Shown piece by piece: positions 29,554-39,304 of a stretch of 64,000 nucleotides of DNA. The notes beneath the pieces were generated by a model. The model saw nothing but the letters and a program-made list of their open reading frames with translations, was not told the origin of the DNA and ran no database searches. How positions within the stretch are numbered: position 1 is the stretch's first letter; each line of letters starts with the position of its first letter. The position numbers were made by a program, and so were the translations under genes. The stretch lies in assembly GCA_024743215.1 (NCBI GenBank), contig JANSWZ010000006.1, positions 223,627 to 287,626 of the forward strand, read 5' to 3'. Origin of the DNA: Alphaproteobacteria bacterium (GTDB lineage Bacteria > Pseudomonadota > Alphaproteobacteria > Rhizobiales > GCA-2746425).

Positions 29554-29654
29554 GATGTTTACCTCTGACGAATTCAAACATCAGGAGTCACTGCAAGCTG
29601 TTGCCCGCAATTCCTGATGCTTAATTTTGCTAGAAGCCCCGGCAACTCCCTGCA

Positions 29655-29668
29655 TTGATCTGGATCAA
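29655..29668. promoter_or_regulatory. FNR/FixK box TTGAT-CTGG-ATCAA in the divergent ccoN / hemerythrin-hemN control region
   Basis: Perfect TTGAT-N4-ATCAA. Its centre is ~108 nt upstream of the ccoN ATG and 48-68 nt upstream of the plus-strand ORF start. Confidence 0.8.
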
Positions 29669-29708
29669 GGTCACTGTGCTTGTCTCACTGCAGTCTGCTC
29701 TCAGTTGA

Positions 29709-30254
29709 ATGAATTTTGGAGCAGGCGGTATGCCGCGAACCGTTGGTGCGAATGGAGAAGATCCGGAAACCAGTTTTTCCCCGACAAACGGTCAAGAGAA
29801 CCAACATTTGTCGGAAACGGAAATTCGCCAGAAACTGGCCAGAAACTTCAAAAGCCAACTCGGCCTGTGCGCTCTGTTGGAAGACATAGCGGATTCGCTG
29901 CCGCACAATGTCAGCCGCAACAATTGCCTTCTTGCAGCTCAGAACATTCAACCAATTGTCCAGGTTTCACATAAATTCGAAGAAGAATATCTCTTCCCTC
30001 TGTTGCTGTCCGACGACCAGAAACAAAATGAGTTGGAACCCATCCTCACCCGGCTTCATGCGGAACATTGTGAAGATGAAAGCTATTGCAATGAGATTGT
30101 TGACGCGCTGGAGGAACTGGCAAGCGACCAGCTCGCCAATATTGACAAGCTATCTTACATGCTGCGCGGTTTTTTTGAGGGCATGCGCAGACATATCGCA
30201 TTTGAGCAGGAGCATCTATTGCCCCTTCTGGCCAAGGACAATGATCCCCAGTGA
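29709..30254 (+). CDS. Hemerythrin-like (HHE cation-binding) domain protein; alternative start 29730
   Basis: Repeated H/E metal-ligand motifs with Pfam hemerythrin-like spacing: HKFEEEYLFPLL, LHAEHCEDE, HIAFEQEHLLPLL. A GGAG lies 8 nt before the ATG at 29730. Confidence 0.55.
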   Translation: MNFGAGGMPRTVGANGEDPETSFSPTNGQENQHLSETEIRQKLARNFKSQLGLCALLEDIADSLPHNVSRNNCLLAAQNIQPIVQVSHKFEEEYLFPLLLSDDQKQNELEPILTRLHAEHCEDESYCNEIVDALEELASDQLANIDKLSYMLRGFFEGMRRHIAFEQEHLLPLLAKDNDPQ

Positions 30255-31666
30255 ACAAGACCTCCATGAACTCAACTTCGATGAGCCCAGCCTCAGCTAT
30301 TGACCATAAAGCCGTTCTGGCCGCCCATAAAGCATCCGTTCCCCGCTACACCAGCTACCCAACGGCCCCCCAGTTTCAAACAGCTGCCGGACCGGCACTG
30401 ATGGACCGCATGTTGCACGGTCTGCCTGCAAGTGACCCGGTTTCCGTCTATATCCACATTCCCTTTTGTGACCGGCTTTGCTGGTTCTGCGGTTGTCACA
30501 CAAGACACACGCTGAAATATGCGCCGATCAAGGGGTATCTGGCTTATCTCCGTCAGGAAATTCGGCTCCTGTCCGAAAAACTGCCTGTCAAACCCCGGCT
30601 GAAAAGCCTGCATCTGGGCGGTGGCTCTCCAAGCCTTCTGAAACAGCAGGACATGGCCGATCTGCGGGCAGACCTGGCCGCAACCTTCCAATTCGAACCG
30701 GACACCGAAATCAGCATTGAGATCGATCCCTCTGACGCCAATGACGAGATGTATGACGGATTGCTGGCACTTGGCGTGACACGCGCCAGCATCGGCGTTC
30801 AGGATTTTCACCCAGATGTTCAGGCCGCCATCAACCGGCCGCAAAGCTTTGAGCAGACCCAAAAAGTCGTACAGCGCCTGCGTCAGATCGGCATTGGCTC
30901 AATCAATGTTGACGCGCTTTACGGTCTGCCACTGCAATCGACAGATCGCTTGCGTGAGACCTTGTCAAAATGCATTGCCCTTGAGGCCGATCGCATGGCG
31001 CTGTTTGGCTATGCCCACATTCCCTGGTTCAAGAAACATCAACGATTGATCAACGAGGCCGATCTGCCAGACAATCTGATGCGGTTTGAACAAGCCGAAA
31101 TGGCCGGGCACTATCTGCAGGATGCTGGCTATCATGCCATTGGCATTGATCATTTTGCCAAACCCCATGACACGCTGTCACTCGCCGCGCAAAACGGAAA
31201 TCTGCATCGAAATTTTCAAGGCTATACAACAGACAATTGCAAAACCCTGTTCGGTCTTGGCGCTTCGTCGATTGGTCGCTTCGAAGGGGGCTATGTTCAA
31301 AACCTGGTGGCAACAGGCCAATATCAGGACTGTGTTTCCAATGGGCATTTGCCGACTGACAAAGGTGTGGAACTCAGTCTGGATGATAAACTCCGTGCGC
31401 ACATCATTGAACGGCTGATGTGCGACTTCCGCATTTGCTTTAACGCGCTTGAACAGCGTTTCAGCGGCAAGGAAGAAGAGCATTTGCTGCAAGTCTACAG
31501 ACGAGAAGCCACAAAACTGGCAGCCCAGGACCAGTTTGGTCTTTGCAGCTTCTCTGATAACGCGCTCAGCATACCGCGCGAAGCCCGCGCCTTTACCCGA
31601 ATTGTAGCATCCGGCTTTGATGCCTATTACCACCGGGAAACCGCTCAATATTCAAAAGCGGTTTAG
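30251..31666 (+). CDS. hemN: Oxygen-independent coproporphyrinogen III oxidase (radical SAM)
   Basis: PRYTSYPTA and the CxxxCxxC radical-SAM motif (CDRLCWFCGC). ~455 aa. Start is GTG 30251 (GTGA overlap with the upstream stop) or ATG 30266/30281. Confidence 0.9.
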   Translation: MNKTSMNSTSMSPASAIDHKAVLAAHKASVPRYTSYPTAPQFQTAAGPALMDRMLHGLPASDPVSVYIHIPFCDRLCWFCGCHTRHTLKYAPIKGYLAYLRQEIRLLSEKLPVKPRLKSLHLGGGSPSLLKQQDMADLRADLAATFQFEPDTEISIEIDPSDANDEMYDGLLALGVTRASIGVQDFHPDVQAAINRPQSFEQTQKVVQRLRQIGIGSINVDALYGLPLQSTDRLRETLSKCIALEADRMALFGYAHIPWFKKHQRLINEADLPDNLMRFEQAEMAGHYLQDAGYHAIGIDHFAKPHDTLSLAAQNGNLHRNFQGYTTDNCKTLFGLGASSIGRFEGGYVQNLVATGQYQDCVSNGHLPTDKGVELSLDDKLRAHIIERLMCDFRICFNALEQRFSGKEEEHLLQVYRREATKLAAQDQFGLCSFSDNALSIPREARAFTRIVASGFDAYYHRETAQYSKAV

Positions 31667-31681
31667 ACACACCCTGATCCG

Positions 31682-32419
31682 CTATTGCGCTTCACAGGCA
31701 TCTTCAAGCGCCTCAAGCCTGGGCACCAGAATTGTCCGATTGTTCTTGATATCAATGATCCCGGCTTTCCGCAGTTTTGTCATCTGGCGGCTGACTGTTT
31801 CAATTGTCAGACCCAGAAAATCGGCAATATCAGCGCGCTTCAAAGGCAGCTCGAACTCGATTTGCTGATCCTCAAGTTCAAGTTCCGGATCATTGTGGAT
31901 CGCAATCATATGCAGAAAAGTCGCGACCTTCTCATTGGCTGTTTTGCGACCCAGTGTCAGCATCAGATCTCGTGCTTCATCGAGCTGCTTCAGCGCTTGC
32001 TCATGCAACCGGTGTTCAAGTTGGGGTGACTGTTTGACCATGTCATCCAACACATTGCGTGGAAATGAGCACAGATGCACATTGTTTGCCGCCTCGGCAT
32101 AGGAATCATTCTGCTTGCGGAAAGGCCGTCCCAGAAAATCAGGAGAAAACTGAAGGCCGACAATCTGCTGCCGTCCATCTGCCATCAGTTTCGTCAGCTT
32201 CACAACGCCCTTGATGACATTGGAATAATGATGCGATTCTTCACCTGAGGCCAGCAATTCACTGTCCGGCATATGGTCAGTTTTGTTGGTATGCTTTGAC
32301 AGATGCAACAACTGATCCGGTGTCAATGCGCCACAAATACCCTTGTGCCGCGCTTCACAGGAGCGGCAGACGATGGGTAGGTCCGAGTTGTGAATATCCT
32401 TACGTGAAGTGTCCGCCAC
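31682..32419 (-). CDS. fnrL: Crp/Fnr-family oxygen-responsive regulator with N-terminal Cys cluster (FnrL type)
   Basis: CRSCEARHKGIC cysteine motif, a cNMP-like beta-roll, and a C-terminal HTH (RADIADFLGLTIETVSRQM). Confidence 0.85.
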   Translation of the reverse strand: MADTSRKDIHNSDLPIVCRSCEARHKGICGALTPDQLLHLSKHTNKTDHMPDSELLASGEESHHYSNVIKGVVKLTKLMADGRQQIVGLQFSPDFLGRPFRKQNDSYAEAANNVHLCSFPRNVLDDMVKQSPQLEHRLHEQALKQLDEARDLMLTLGRKTANEKVATFLHMIAIHNDPELELEDQQIEFELPLKRADIADFLGLTIETVSRQMTKLRKAGIIDIKNNRTILVPRLEALEDACEAQ

Positions 32420-32620
32420 TATGTGCTCCTGCTATGGCCAAATGATGTGTGCCATTTTGAAGTCTGGTACGAGTCTTATCTGAAAACACGCTTTGAACCT
32501 AAGAAATAAAACCGGGATACCAAGAGGGCAGAACGCGCGTTTGGGACATAATTACCCGTTTCTTGCCATGAGCGTGTTTCAGCCATACTGTCGTAACAAA
32601 GGCGTATCACAGGGCTTTCG

Positions 32621-33310
32621 ATGAACATTCAGACGATTCAACGCAATTTTGAAAGACTCACGGCTGCAGACGATATTTTTGAACAATTGCGCTCCGAAAT
32701 CGTCTCACTTCGGCTGAAACCGGGCACCAGAATTTCTGAAGTTGAAATTGCAAATCAGTTTGACGTGTCACGCCAACCCGTACGGGAAGCCTTTATCCGA
32801 CTCAGTAAAATGAATTTGTTGGAAATCCGGCCTCAGAAGGCGACACTGGTTCGAAAGATCTCGGAACGCGAAATCCTCCACGCACGCTTTTTGCGCGTCG
32901 CAGTGGAAGTGGAAGTCATTCGTCTTGCTTGCAAGATTGAGGGCAATCCGTTCCAGACTGGTTTCGAAGAAAACCTCAAGGCCCAGGAAAACGCATTATC
33001 TGCTGGCCAGGTATTGGAATTTCATGACCTTGATTATGATTTTCACAATCTCATCTGCGCCACCGCACAGTGCGAATTTGCATTCGACACCATTGCTGAC
33101 AGCAAAACGCATGTCGACAGGCTATGTCTGATCAGCCTGTCCACAGAACGTGGTATGTTTGAGATCTTCCAGGATCATCAGCAGCTCTATCAAATGCTGC
33201 AGAGAAAGGACGCCGTCGAAATGGAGCGCCTGATCCGTCTGCACATCTGTCGCCTGGACCAAACCCTGGCCGATGCCAGGGAACGCCATCCGGAATATTT
33301 CCAGACTTGA
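32621..33310 (+). CDS. GntR-family transcriptional regulator (FCD subfamily)
   Basis: wHTH motif (ISEVEIANQFDVSRQPVREAFIRLSKMNLL) plus an FCD-like C-terminal domain. Confidence 0.8.
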   Translation: MNIQTIQRNFERLTAADDIFEQLRSEIVSLRLKPGTRISEVEIANQFDVSRQPVREAFIRLSKMNLLEIRPQKATLVRKISEREILHARFLRVAVEVEVIRLACKIEGNPFQTGFEENLKAQENALSAGQVLEFHDLDYDFHNLICATAQCEFAFDTIADSKTHVDRLCLISLSTERGMFEIFQDHQQLYQMLQRKDAVEMERLIRLHICRLDQTLADARERHPEYFQT

Positions 33311-33324
33311 ACGAGAAACTGTTC

Positions 33325-34074
33325 CTAAGAGAACAGAATCCCGCCATTGATGTCTACACAGGTACCGGTCATGAAGGCGGCCTGGTCTGAACTCAGGAAC
33401 ACAGCGAGATTGGCCGTGTCCACCGGCAGGCCTTCACGCTTCAATGGCGTGACATTGGCGACATGGGCTCGCACTTCATCCTTGGTGAAGATGTTGTGGA
33501 AGTCGGTGTCAATCATACCGGGGCAAATCGTGTTTACGCGAATACGCGGCCCAAGTTCCTTGGCAAAACCGCGCGTCATGCTCATCATCGCACCTTTGGA
33601 CGTGGCATAGGCGACGGCACCAGGCCCACCACCATCGCGGCCGGCTTGTGATGCGAACGAGACAATGGAACTGCCGTCCGGCATGTGCGGCTCGACAACT
33701 TTTATCATCCGGAACAGAGATGTGGTGTTGAGGCTCATGACATGATTCCAGAATTCCTCATCCATTTCGGAGACTGTTTTGCGCGCCACAAGACCGCCGG
33801 TCACATGAACCAGCGAATGGATTTGTGACCCGAAGCGCGATTGTGTTTCCGCCACCAATTGCTCTGCGTCCGCCATCTTGGTCAGATCACCCTTCAGCGC
33901 AAACGCCTCACCACCCTTGGCCGTGATCTCGTCAACGGCGGAATCCGCACCATCGGCACTTGCGTAATAGTTGATCGCCACTCTGGCACCTTCTTCAGCA
34001 AGCCGAAGGGCACAGGCCCGTCCAATATCCCGACCACCGCCGGTTACGATTGCAGTCTTACCTTTTAGGGTCAT
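33325..34074 (-). CDS. Short-chain dehydrogenase/reductase (SDR)
   Basis: TGGGRDIG cofactor motif and YATSK catalytic motif. Confidence 0.85.
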   Translation of the reverse strand: MTLKGKTAIVTGGGRDIGRACALRLAEEGARVAINYYASADGADSAVDEITAKGGEAFALKGDLTKMADAEQLVAETQSRFGSQIHSLVHVTGGLVARKTVSEMDEEFWNHVMSLNTTSLFRMIKVVEPHMPDGSSIVSFASQAGRDGGGPGAVAYATSKGAMMSMTRGFAKELGPRIRVNTICPGMIDTDFHNIFTKDEVRAHVANVTPLKREGLPVDTANLAVFLSSDQAAFMTGTCVDINGGILFS

Positions 34075-34119
34075 GAATTCTCCTGGTGTTGAAACAATGC
34101 GCCACGCTGTGTCATGGCG

Positions 34120-35430
34120 CTAAATTACAGATTTTGGCATCAGCAGCTTTGGCAGCCACAGAATGATTTCGGGAAATAGGATGAGTAACAGTAGAATAAA
34201 GACCATCGGAATGAGAATGATGATCACGTCGCGCAGGACATGGACCACATTCATTTTCCCAATGGCAGCGGAGATTAATAAACACAGCCCATAGGGCGGC
34301 GTCACCAGCCCAAAGGCCAGTGAAACAATGCCGATGATGGCAAAGACAATCGGGTGAATTCCCGCTGCCGAGGCAACCGGGAACAAGACTGTACCAAGGA
34401 TGATGATGGTTGGAATGGCATCAATAAACAGCCCGAAAAACAGGAACAGCGCCGCGATGACCAGAGACGTACCAAACACGCCAAACTCGTAAGCCGTGAG
34501 CGCATCCACAATCAGTCTTGGCACATTATAGAATGACAGCATCCAGCCAAATACCGAAGCAGTCCCAATGGCAAACAGCGAGATGGAGGCAAACCGCCCA
34601 GTGTCATACAAGACATCGACAAGCTGCCTCGGGCTGATGGTACGATAGACAAAACAGCCCAGAACAAAGGAGTAGAAAGCTGCAATGATTGCGCTTTCTG
34701 TTGGGGTCACAATGCCACCGACAATGCCGCCAATCACAAAAACCGGAGTGAGCAAGGCAAGACCAGCCCCTTTGAAAGCATGCCAGAACTCGGCCCAACT
34801 GGGACGAACGGCAATCGGGTAATCATAGACTTTGGCGTAGCCATAGACGGTCGCCATCAGCGCTGCTGCAATCATGATGCCGGGAATCGCCCCGGCCAAA
34901 AACAACGCGCCAACCGAAATCGACATCACGCCACCCCACACCACCATCAAGATGCTGGGTGGAATGATCACGCCCATGACAGAGGAACAGGCGGTAATGG
35001 CAACGGCAAAGCGCGGATCATAGCCCTGCTTGGTCATCGCAGGGATCAAAATTTTCCCGCAACCGGCCGCATCTGCGGTGGACGATCCGGAAATACCCGC
35101 AAACAGCATCGAAACAGCCACATTGACCTGCCCCAACCCGCCAGGCATCCAGCCGGTCAGCACCCGCGCAAGTTCAATCAGCTTGTCGGTGGTCTTGCCG
35201 GAATTCATCAAATTGGCGGCCAGCAGGAAGAAAGGAACCGCCAGCAGAATGAAAGAATTATAGGACTGGAACATCCGGTCCATGATCAGAAACGGCGTCA
35301 GCCTCAAATCCAGCATCACCACCGGAATGGTGGCAATGCCAAGCGCAAAGGCCACCGGCACGCGCAGAGCGACCAGAAAGATGAAACAGCCGACCAGCAG
35401 CATGGAAGCGTGAAGGGTGGAGACAATCAT
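34120..35430 (-). CDS. TRAP transporter large permease (DctM family)
   Basis: 436 aa polytopic protein with typical DctM motifs (SGSSTADAA, PPSILMVV). Confidence 0.9.
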   Translation of the reverse strand: MIVSTLHASMLLVGCFIFLVALRVPVAFALGIATIPVVMLDLRLTPFLIMDRMFQSYNSFILLAVPFFLLAANLMNSGKTTDKLIELARVLTGWMPGGLGQVNVAVSMLFAGISGSSTADAAGCGKILIPAMTKQGYDPRFAVAITACSSVMGVIIPPSILMVVWGGVMSISVGALFLAGAIPGIMIAAALMATVYGYAKVYDYPIAVRPSWAEFWHAFKGAGLALLTPVFVIGGIVGGIVTPTESAIIAAFYSFVLGCFVYRTISPRQLVDVLYDTGRFASISLFAIGTASVFGWMLSFYNVPRLIVDALTAYEFGVFGTSLVIAALFLFFGLFIDAIPTIIILGTVLFPVASAAGIHPIVFAIIGIVSLAFGLVTPPYGLCLLISAAIGKMNVVHVLRDVIIILIPMVFILLLLILFPEIILWLPKLLMPKSVI

Positions 35431-35954
35431 GAGGTCTGCTTTCTGGCGGCCTGGTATTCGGCAATAACCTCATACAACCGGTAAAGCGCAAACATCGTCC
35501 AGCCTGCACCAGCAATGGGAACAGTGACATAGGTCACTGCCAGGTTTGCACGCATCATCACCGAATTCTGAATGGATCCGAATTTGACGTAGTTGATGCC
35601 GTGATAGGTAAAGAATATGGCAAACAGGCTGACCATCACCAGCACAAACCCATTCTGTATGAGACGCCCAAGGGGACTTTCCGCATCCGGGATCACATGC
35701 ACATCAAAATGTGTGCCTTCCCAGACCGCGATCATTGAGCCCAGCATGATGATCCAGACAAACAGAAAGGTCGCCAGTTCTTCGGTCCACAGATAGACCG
35801 GAATAATACCGGTATACCGGGCCACAACCTGCATCGCGACCGGCACCAGAAGTGCCACGATCAATGCGCCCACAAGAAAGCGCAACAGCTGGCAGAAATG
35901 CTCTAGAAAGCGTCCAATCATGGCCATATCCGGTGCGGGGAATCTGTCTGGCAA
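35427..35954 (-). CDS. TRAP transporter small permease (DctQ family)
   Basis: 175 aa, 4 TM helices. Its stop overlaps the dctM start. Confidence 0.8.
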   Translation of the reverse strand: MPDRFPAPDMAMIGRFLEHFCQLLRFLVGALIVALLVPVAMQVVARYTGIIPVYLWTEELATFLFVWIIMLGSMIAVWEGTHFDVHVIPDAESPLGRLIQNGFVLVMVSLFAIFFTYHGINYVKFGSIQNSVMMRANLAVTYVTVPIAGAGWTMFALYRLYEVIAEYQAARKQTS

Positions 35955-36026
35955 TCAGGGTTACCCCAATCGCCAAAGGGTCAGAACGCCTCCGGCCGCA
36001 ATGGCCGAAGGCATTCGGCAATGCTG

Positions 36027-37028
36027 TTACTTGCCGCGGATTGCAGCCAACAGATCTTCTGCACCCAGTTCCGCCGCATAGGCGTCCTGGACGGGCAGAA
36101 CCAGATCAAGCAATTTGTCACGATCAGCAAATTCATGAACCTCGATCTGACCGGCATCAGCCATCTGTTTCAGCTTCTCTGAATCCTGCTCAGATTCAAT
36201 CTTGCGACCATATTCACCAGCTTCTTTACCAGCTTTGAGGACAATCGCCTGCAGCGCTTCCGGCAATTTGCGGAAGCTCTTTCCACTGAACACAATTGGA
36301 CGCACAGTGATGGAATGCTGCGTCAGTGTCACATGCGGTGCCACTTCGAAGAATTTATATTGCAGCAAGCTGGCAGATTCATTTTCCAGACCATCAACAA
36401 CACCGGTTTGAATGGCATTATAGACTTCCGAATAGGCAATGGCTGACGGGCTGGCTGTGATCGCATCAAAGATACGTGCCTGAATGGGCGCGCCCATGAC
36501 ACGCATTTTATGGCCGCCCAACTCATCGATATTGGAAATGGCTTTGTTTGAAATCAGATTACGGGTTCCACCACCGGCATAGCCGATGATGACCATGTCA
36601 GCTTTTTCCAGCAATTCATCTTCCAATGGCTTCAGAACATCGCTGGAAAGAACCGCATTCCAGTGATCAAGATCACGGAAGACAAAAGGCATATCCATCA
36701 ATGGTACGGACGGTGCAAAGCGCGCCAGATTGGAGGGTGCGATAATCGCGTAATCAATGGCCACGCCCTGATTGAGGAAGTTCACATAGTCTGGCTCGAT
36801 GCCAAGCTCGCTATTGCCGCGAAGGTCGAACGTGATCTCGCCGTCATTATATTCGTTGACCAACTCACCAAAACGGATCAGCGTTTTGCTGTAAGCGTGT
36901 TCATTGTCAAAAAGGCTGGCACCGCGCAACGTCATGTCCTGCGCCTGTACGGCACTTGTCGCCAGTGTCATGGCGCCCGCAAGTGCGGCGCCCGCCAGGA
37001 AAGTCCTGGTGGATGAAAAAGCAGTCAT
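36027..37028 (-). CDS. TRAP transporter substrate-binding protein (DctP family)
   Basis: Start set at the ATG preceded by GGGAGG (MTAFSSTRTFLAGAALAGAMTLATSAVQA signal peptide). DctP-like sequence. Confidence 0.85.
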   Translation of the reverse strand: MTAFSSTRTFLAGAALAGAMTLATSAVQAQDMTLRGASLFDNEHAYSKTLIRFGELVNEYNDGEITFDLRGNSELGIEPDYVNFLNQGVAIDYAIIAPSNLARFAPSVPLMDMPFVFRDLDHWNAVLSSDVLKPLEDELLEKADMVIIGYAGGGTRNLISNKAISNIDELGGHKMRVMGAPIQARIFDAITASPSAIAYSEVYNAIQTGVVDGLENESASLLQYKFFEVAPHVTLTQHSITVRPIVFSGKSFRKLPEALQAIVLKAGKEAGEYGRKIESEQDSEKLKQMADAGQIEVHEFADRDKLLDLVLPVQDAYAAELGAEDLLAAIRGK

Positions 37029-37252
37029 TCTGGTTCCTCCCATTTGCCCAAACTCGCGCACAAAAACCACTTCTGCGCGCCTCTTCCTCGGGCATGGACA
37101 GCAAAATAATCACGATTTTTCAGATTGGTCAAGCATCTTGTATGCTAGTATGGTTTTCTAGTATGGTAAAATTTGCAGAAGATCGGCCCAACCCGACTCT
37201 GCAACAGCAAAGCCGGGTTGAGCACCCTCCAAAATGGCCTGGAGCCCTGTGA

Positions 37253-39304
37253 TCAGAATTGTTTTGCCAACCGAACAAGGTTGATGAACTCGCTGCGATA
37301 GCCGAACTCATCATCACCCTTGGCACCACCGGCCAATGAGATCACATCGTCAAACCCGTAAGATCCAAGATATTGACCACCCGTCAAAAGCTGGCCGAAT
37401 GCTGCCACGGATGCGGCAAATCTGGCAGCTTCCGGTGCAGCTTCCAGCCGGTCAACTTCCACAGCCTTTGTGATCGGCGTTGAGATCAATTGACTGGTGT
37501 TCTCATCGGGCAATTTGTAACGGATTTTGAGGAACCCATATTCGTTCACATCGCCAGCGATTGCGGGAGCATCTTCAGAGCTGTAACGCAGATCATCCAT
37601 CAATTGGCTGGTTGATCCGACCGGCGTTACCTCATAAAGCGCGGTGACTGTGTGGCCGGCACCAATGTCGCCCGCATCCACCTTGTCATTGTTGAAATCC
37701 TCGCGGGCAAGAACACGCGTTTCATAACCGATCAAGCGATATTCGCTCACCACAGCCGGGTTGAACTCAAGCTGCAGCTTCACATCTTTGGCAATGGTGA
37801 AAAGGGTCGATCCGGCCTCTTCGACCAGCACCTTTCGCGCTTCACTCAGCGTATCGATATAGGAAGCATTGCCATTGCCGTTCTGGGCCAGCGCCTGCAT
37901 CAGAGCATCATTGTAATTGCCCCGGCCAAAGCCCAGAACCGACAGCGTAACACCACCATCCCGCTTGCGCTCGATATAGTCTTTCAAACGGTCGGGATCG
38001 GAAATGCCCACATTGAAATCGCCATCTGTTGCCAGAATGACCCGATTGACACCGCCCTCAATCATCTGGCTTTCCGCCAGTTGATAGGCCTGCTGAATTC
38101 CGGCTTCGCCAGCCGTTGACCCGCCGGCCTGAAGACGATCGAGCGCTGCAAGAATGCTCTGTTCATCAGAGGCGGATGTTGGTTCCAGCACCGTTCCTGC
38201 ACTTCCCGCATAGGTCACAATGGACACCGTATCATCAGGTTTTAAGGTCGACAGGAGAAGTTTGAACGAATTGCGCAGCAAAGGCAGTTTGTTCGGCTCA
38301 TTCATCGAGCCGGAGGTATCGATCAGAAAGACAAGATTCGCACCGGGGATCTCGGCAGCTGGCAGATCATAGCCCTGAATACCGATACTCAGCAATTTTG
38401 TGCCGCTGTTCCATGGGGTTGGCATGATGGACAGCGCCGTGGAAAACGGCTCGGAGGTTTTCTGTGGCTGTGCATAATCATAGTCGAAATAATTGATCAT
38501 CTCTTCCACCCGCACCCCAGCCTGCGGCGGCAGGGAGCCCGCATTGATGGCTGAGCGCATAAAGGCATAGGAGGCTGTATCAACATCAACCGAGATGGTG
38601 GACAGAGGATCTTCTGTCACCCGCTTGACCGGATTGGAATCAGCAACCGGAAACAACTCTCCGTCAGAAGGCAGAACAAAGACGGGCTCCGGTGCAACCC
38701 TGCCCGAATTGCCCAGACTGGCCACGCCATCAGAGACATTCGCTCCGGACATCAACCGTTTCTGGTTTGCAAGGCCGCCAACCACGCCTGTTACGCGAGA
38801 CCTGTTATCCAGGCGTGGGGCTGCCGTTGGTGCCGGCGCAAAGCTTGGCTTTGCGGCCATCGTTGAAGTTTGATCCTGAAAGACCGGCTGAGGTGAAGGT
38901 GGGCTTGCCGCCATATCTTCTTCCATCTCGACGGTTGCATTCCCGCCCTGTGAACGGAACAATTGAGACACCGGATCGGCAGACGTCTCCGGCTGCGGCG
39001 AAAAGCTGGTGTTAATGTTTGTCACGGCAAAGGCCATTACCAGCAGGCTGACACCACCGGCAGCGGCATAGGCGAATTTTGGTTCAAAGGTTTTCATCAG
39101 GCGTCTCCAATCAAATGAGCGGTAAATTTTGTTACCCTGCTCAGTCAGACGTTGCCCGGCTGCATTTCCTTGGTCAGCTTGTAAATTTTCTTCGTCAAAC
39201 ACGTCCATAGCGGCTTGAATGGCCGCATCACGCGCCTCATTGCGCGGCGCATTGACTGGCTGCTTGCGAAAAATATCCTCAACTTGTTTTAATTCGTCAC
39301 TCAT
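37253..39304 (-). CDS. Membrane-anchored von Willebrand factor A (VWA) domain protein, YfbK-like; putative anti-sigma factor
   Basis: Short cytoplasmic N-terminus, one TM helix (FAYAAAGGVSLLVMAFAV), an intact MIDAS motif (LIDTSGSM ... ATDGD), and a DUF3520-like C-terminus. ATGA overlap with the upstream ECF sigma gene. Confidence 0.7.
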   Translation of the reverse strand: MSDELKQVEDIFRKQPVNAPRNEARDAAIQAAMDVFDEENLQADQGNAAGQRLTEQGNKIYRSFDWRRLMKTFEPKFAYAAAGGVSLLVMAFAVTNINTSFSPQPETSADPVSQLFRSQGGNATVEMEEDMAASPPSPQPVFQDQTSTMAAKPSFAPAPTAAPRLDNRSRVTGVVGGLANQKRLMSGANVSDGVASLGNSGRVAPEPVFVLPSDGELFPVADSNPVKRVTEDPLSTISVDVDTASYAFMRSAINAGSLPPQAGVRVEEMINYFDYDYAQPQKTSEPFSTALSIMPTPWNSGTKLLSIGIQGYDLPAAEIPGANLVFLIDTSGSMNEPNKLPLLRNSFKLLLSTLKPDDTVSIVTYAGSAGTVLEPTSASDEQSILAALDRLQAGGSTAGEAGIQQAYQLAESQMIEGGVNRVILATDGDFNVGISDPDRLKDYIERKRDGGVTLSVLGFGRGNYNDALMQALAQNGNGNASYIDTLSEARKVLVEEAGSTLFTIAKDVKLQLEFNPAVVSEYRLIGYETRVLAREDFNNDKVDAGDIGAGHTVTALYEVTPVGSTSQLMDDLRYSSEDAPAIAGDVNEYGFLKIRYKLPDENTSQLISTPITKAVEVDRLEAAPEAARFAASVAAFGQLLTGGQYLGSYGFDDVISLAGGAKGDDEFGYRSEFINLVRLAKQF

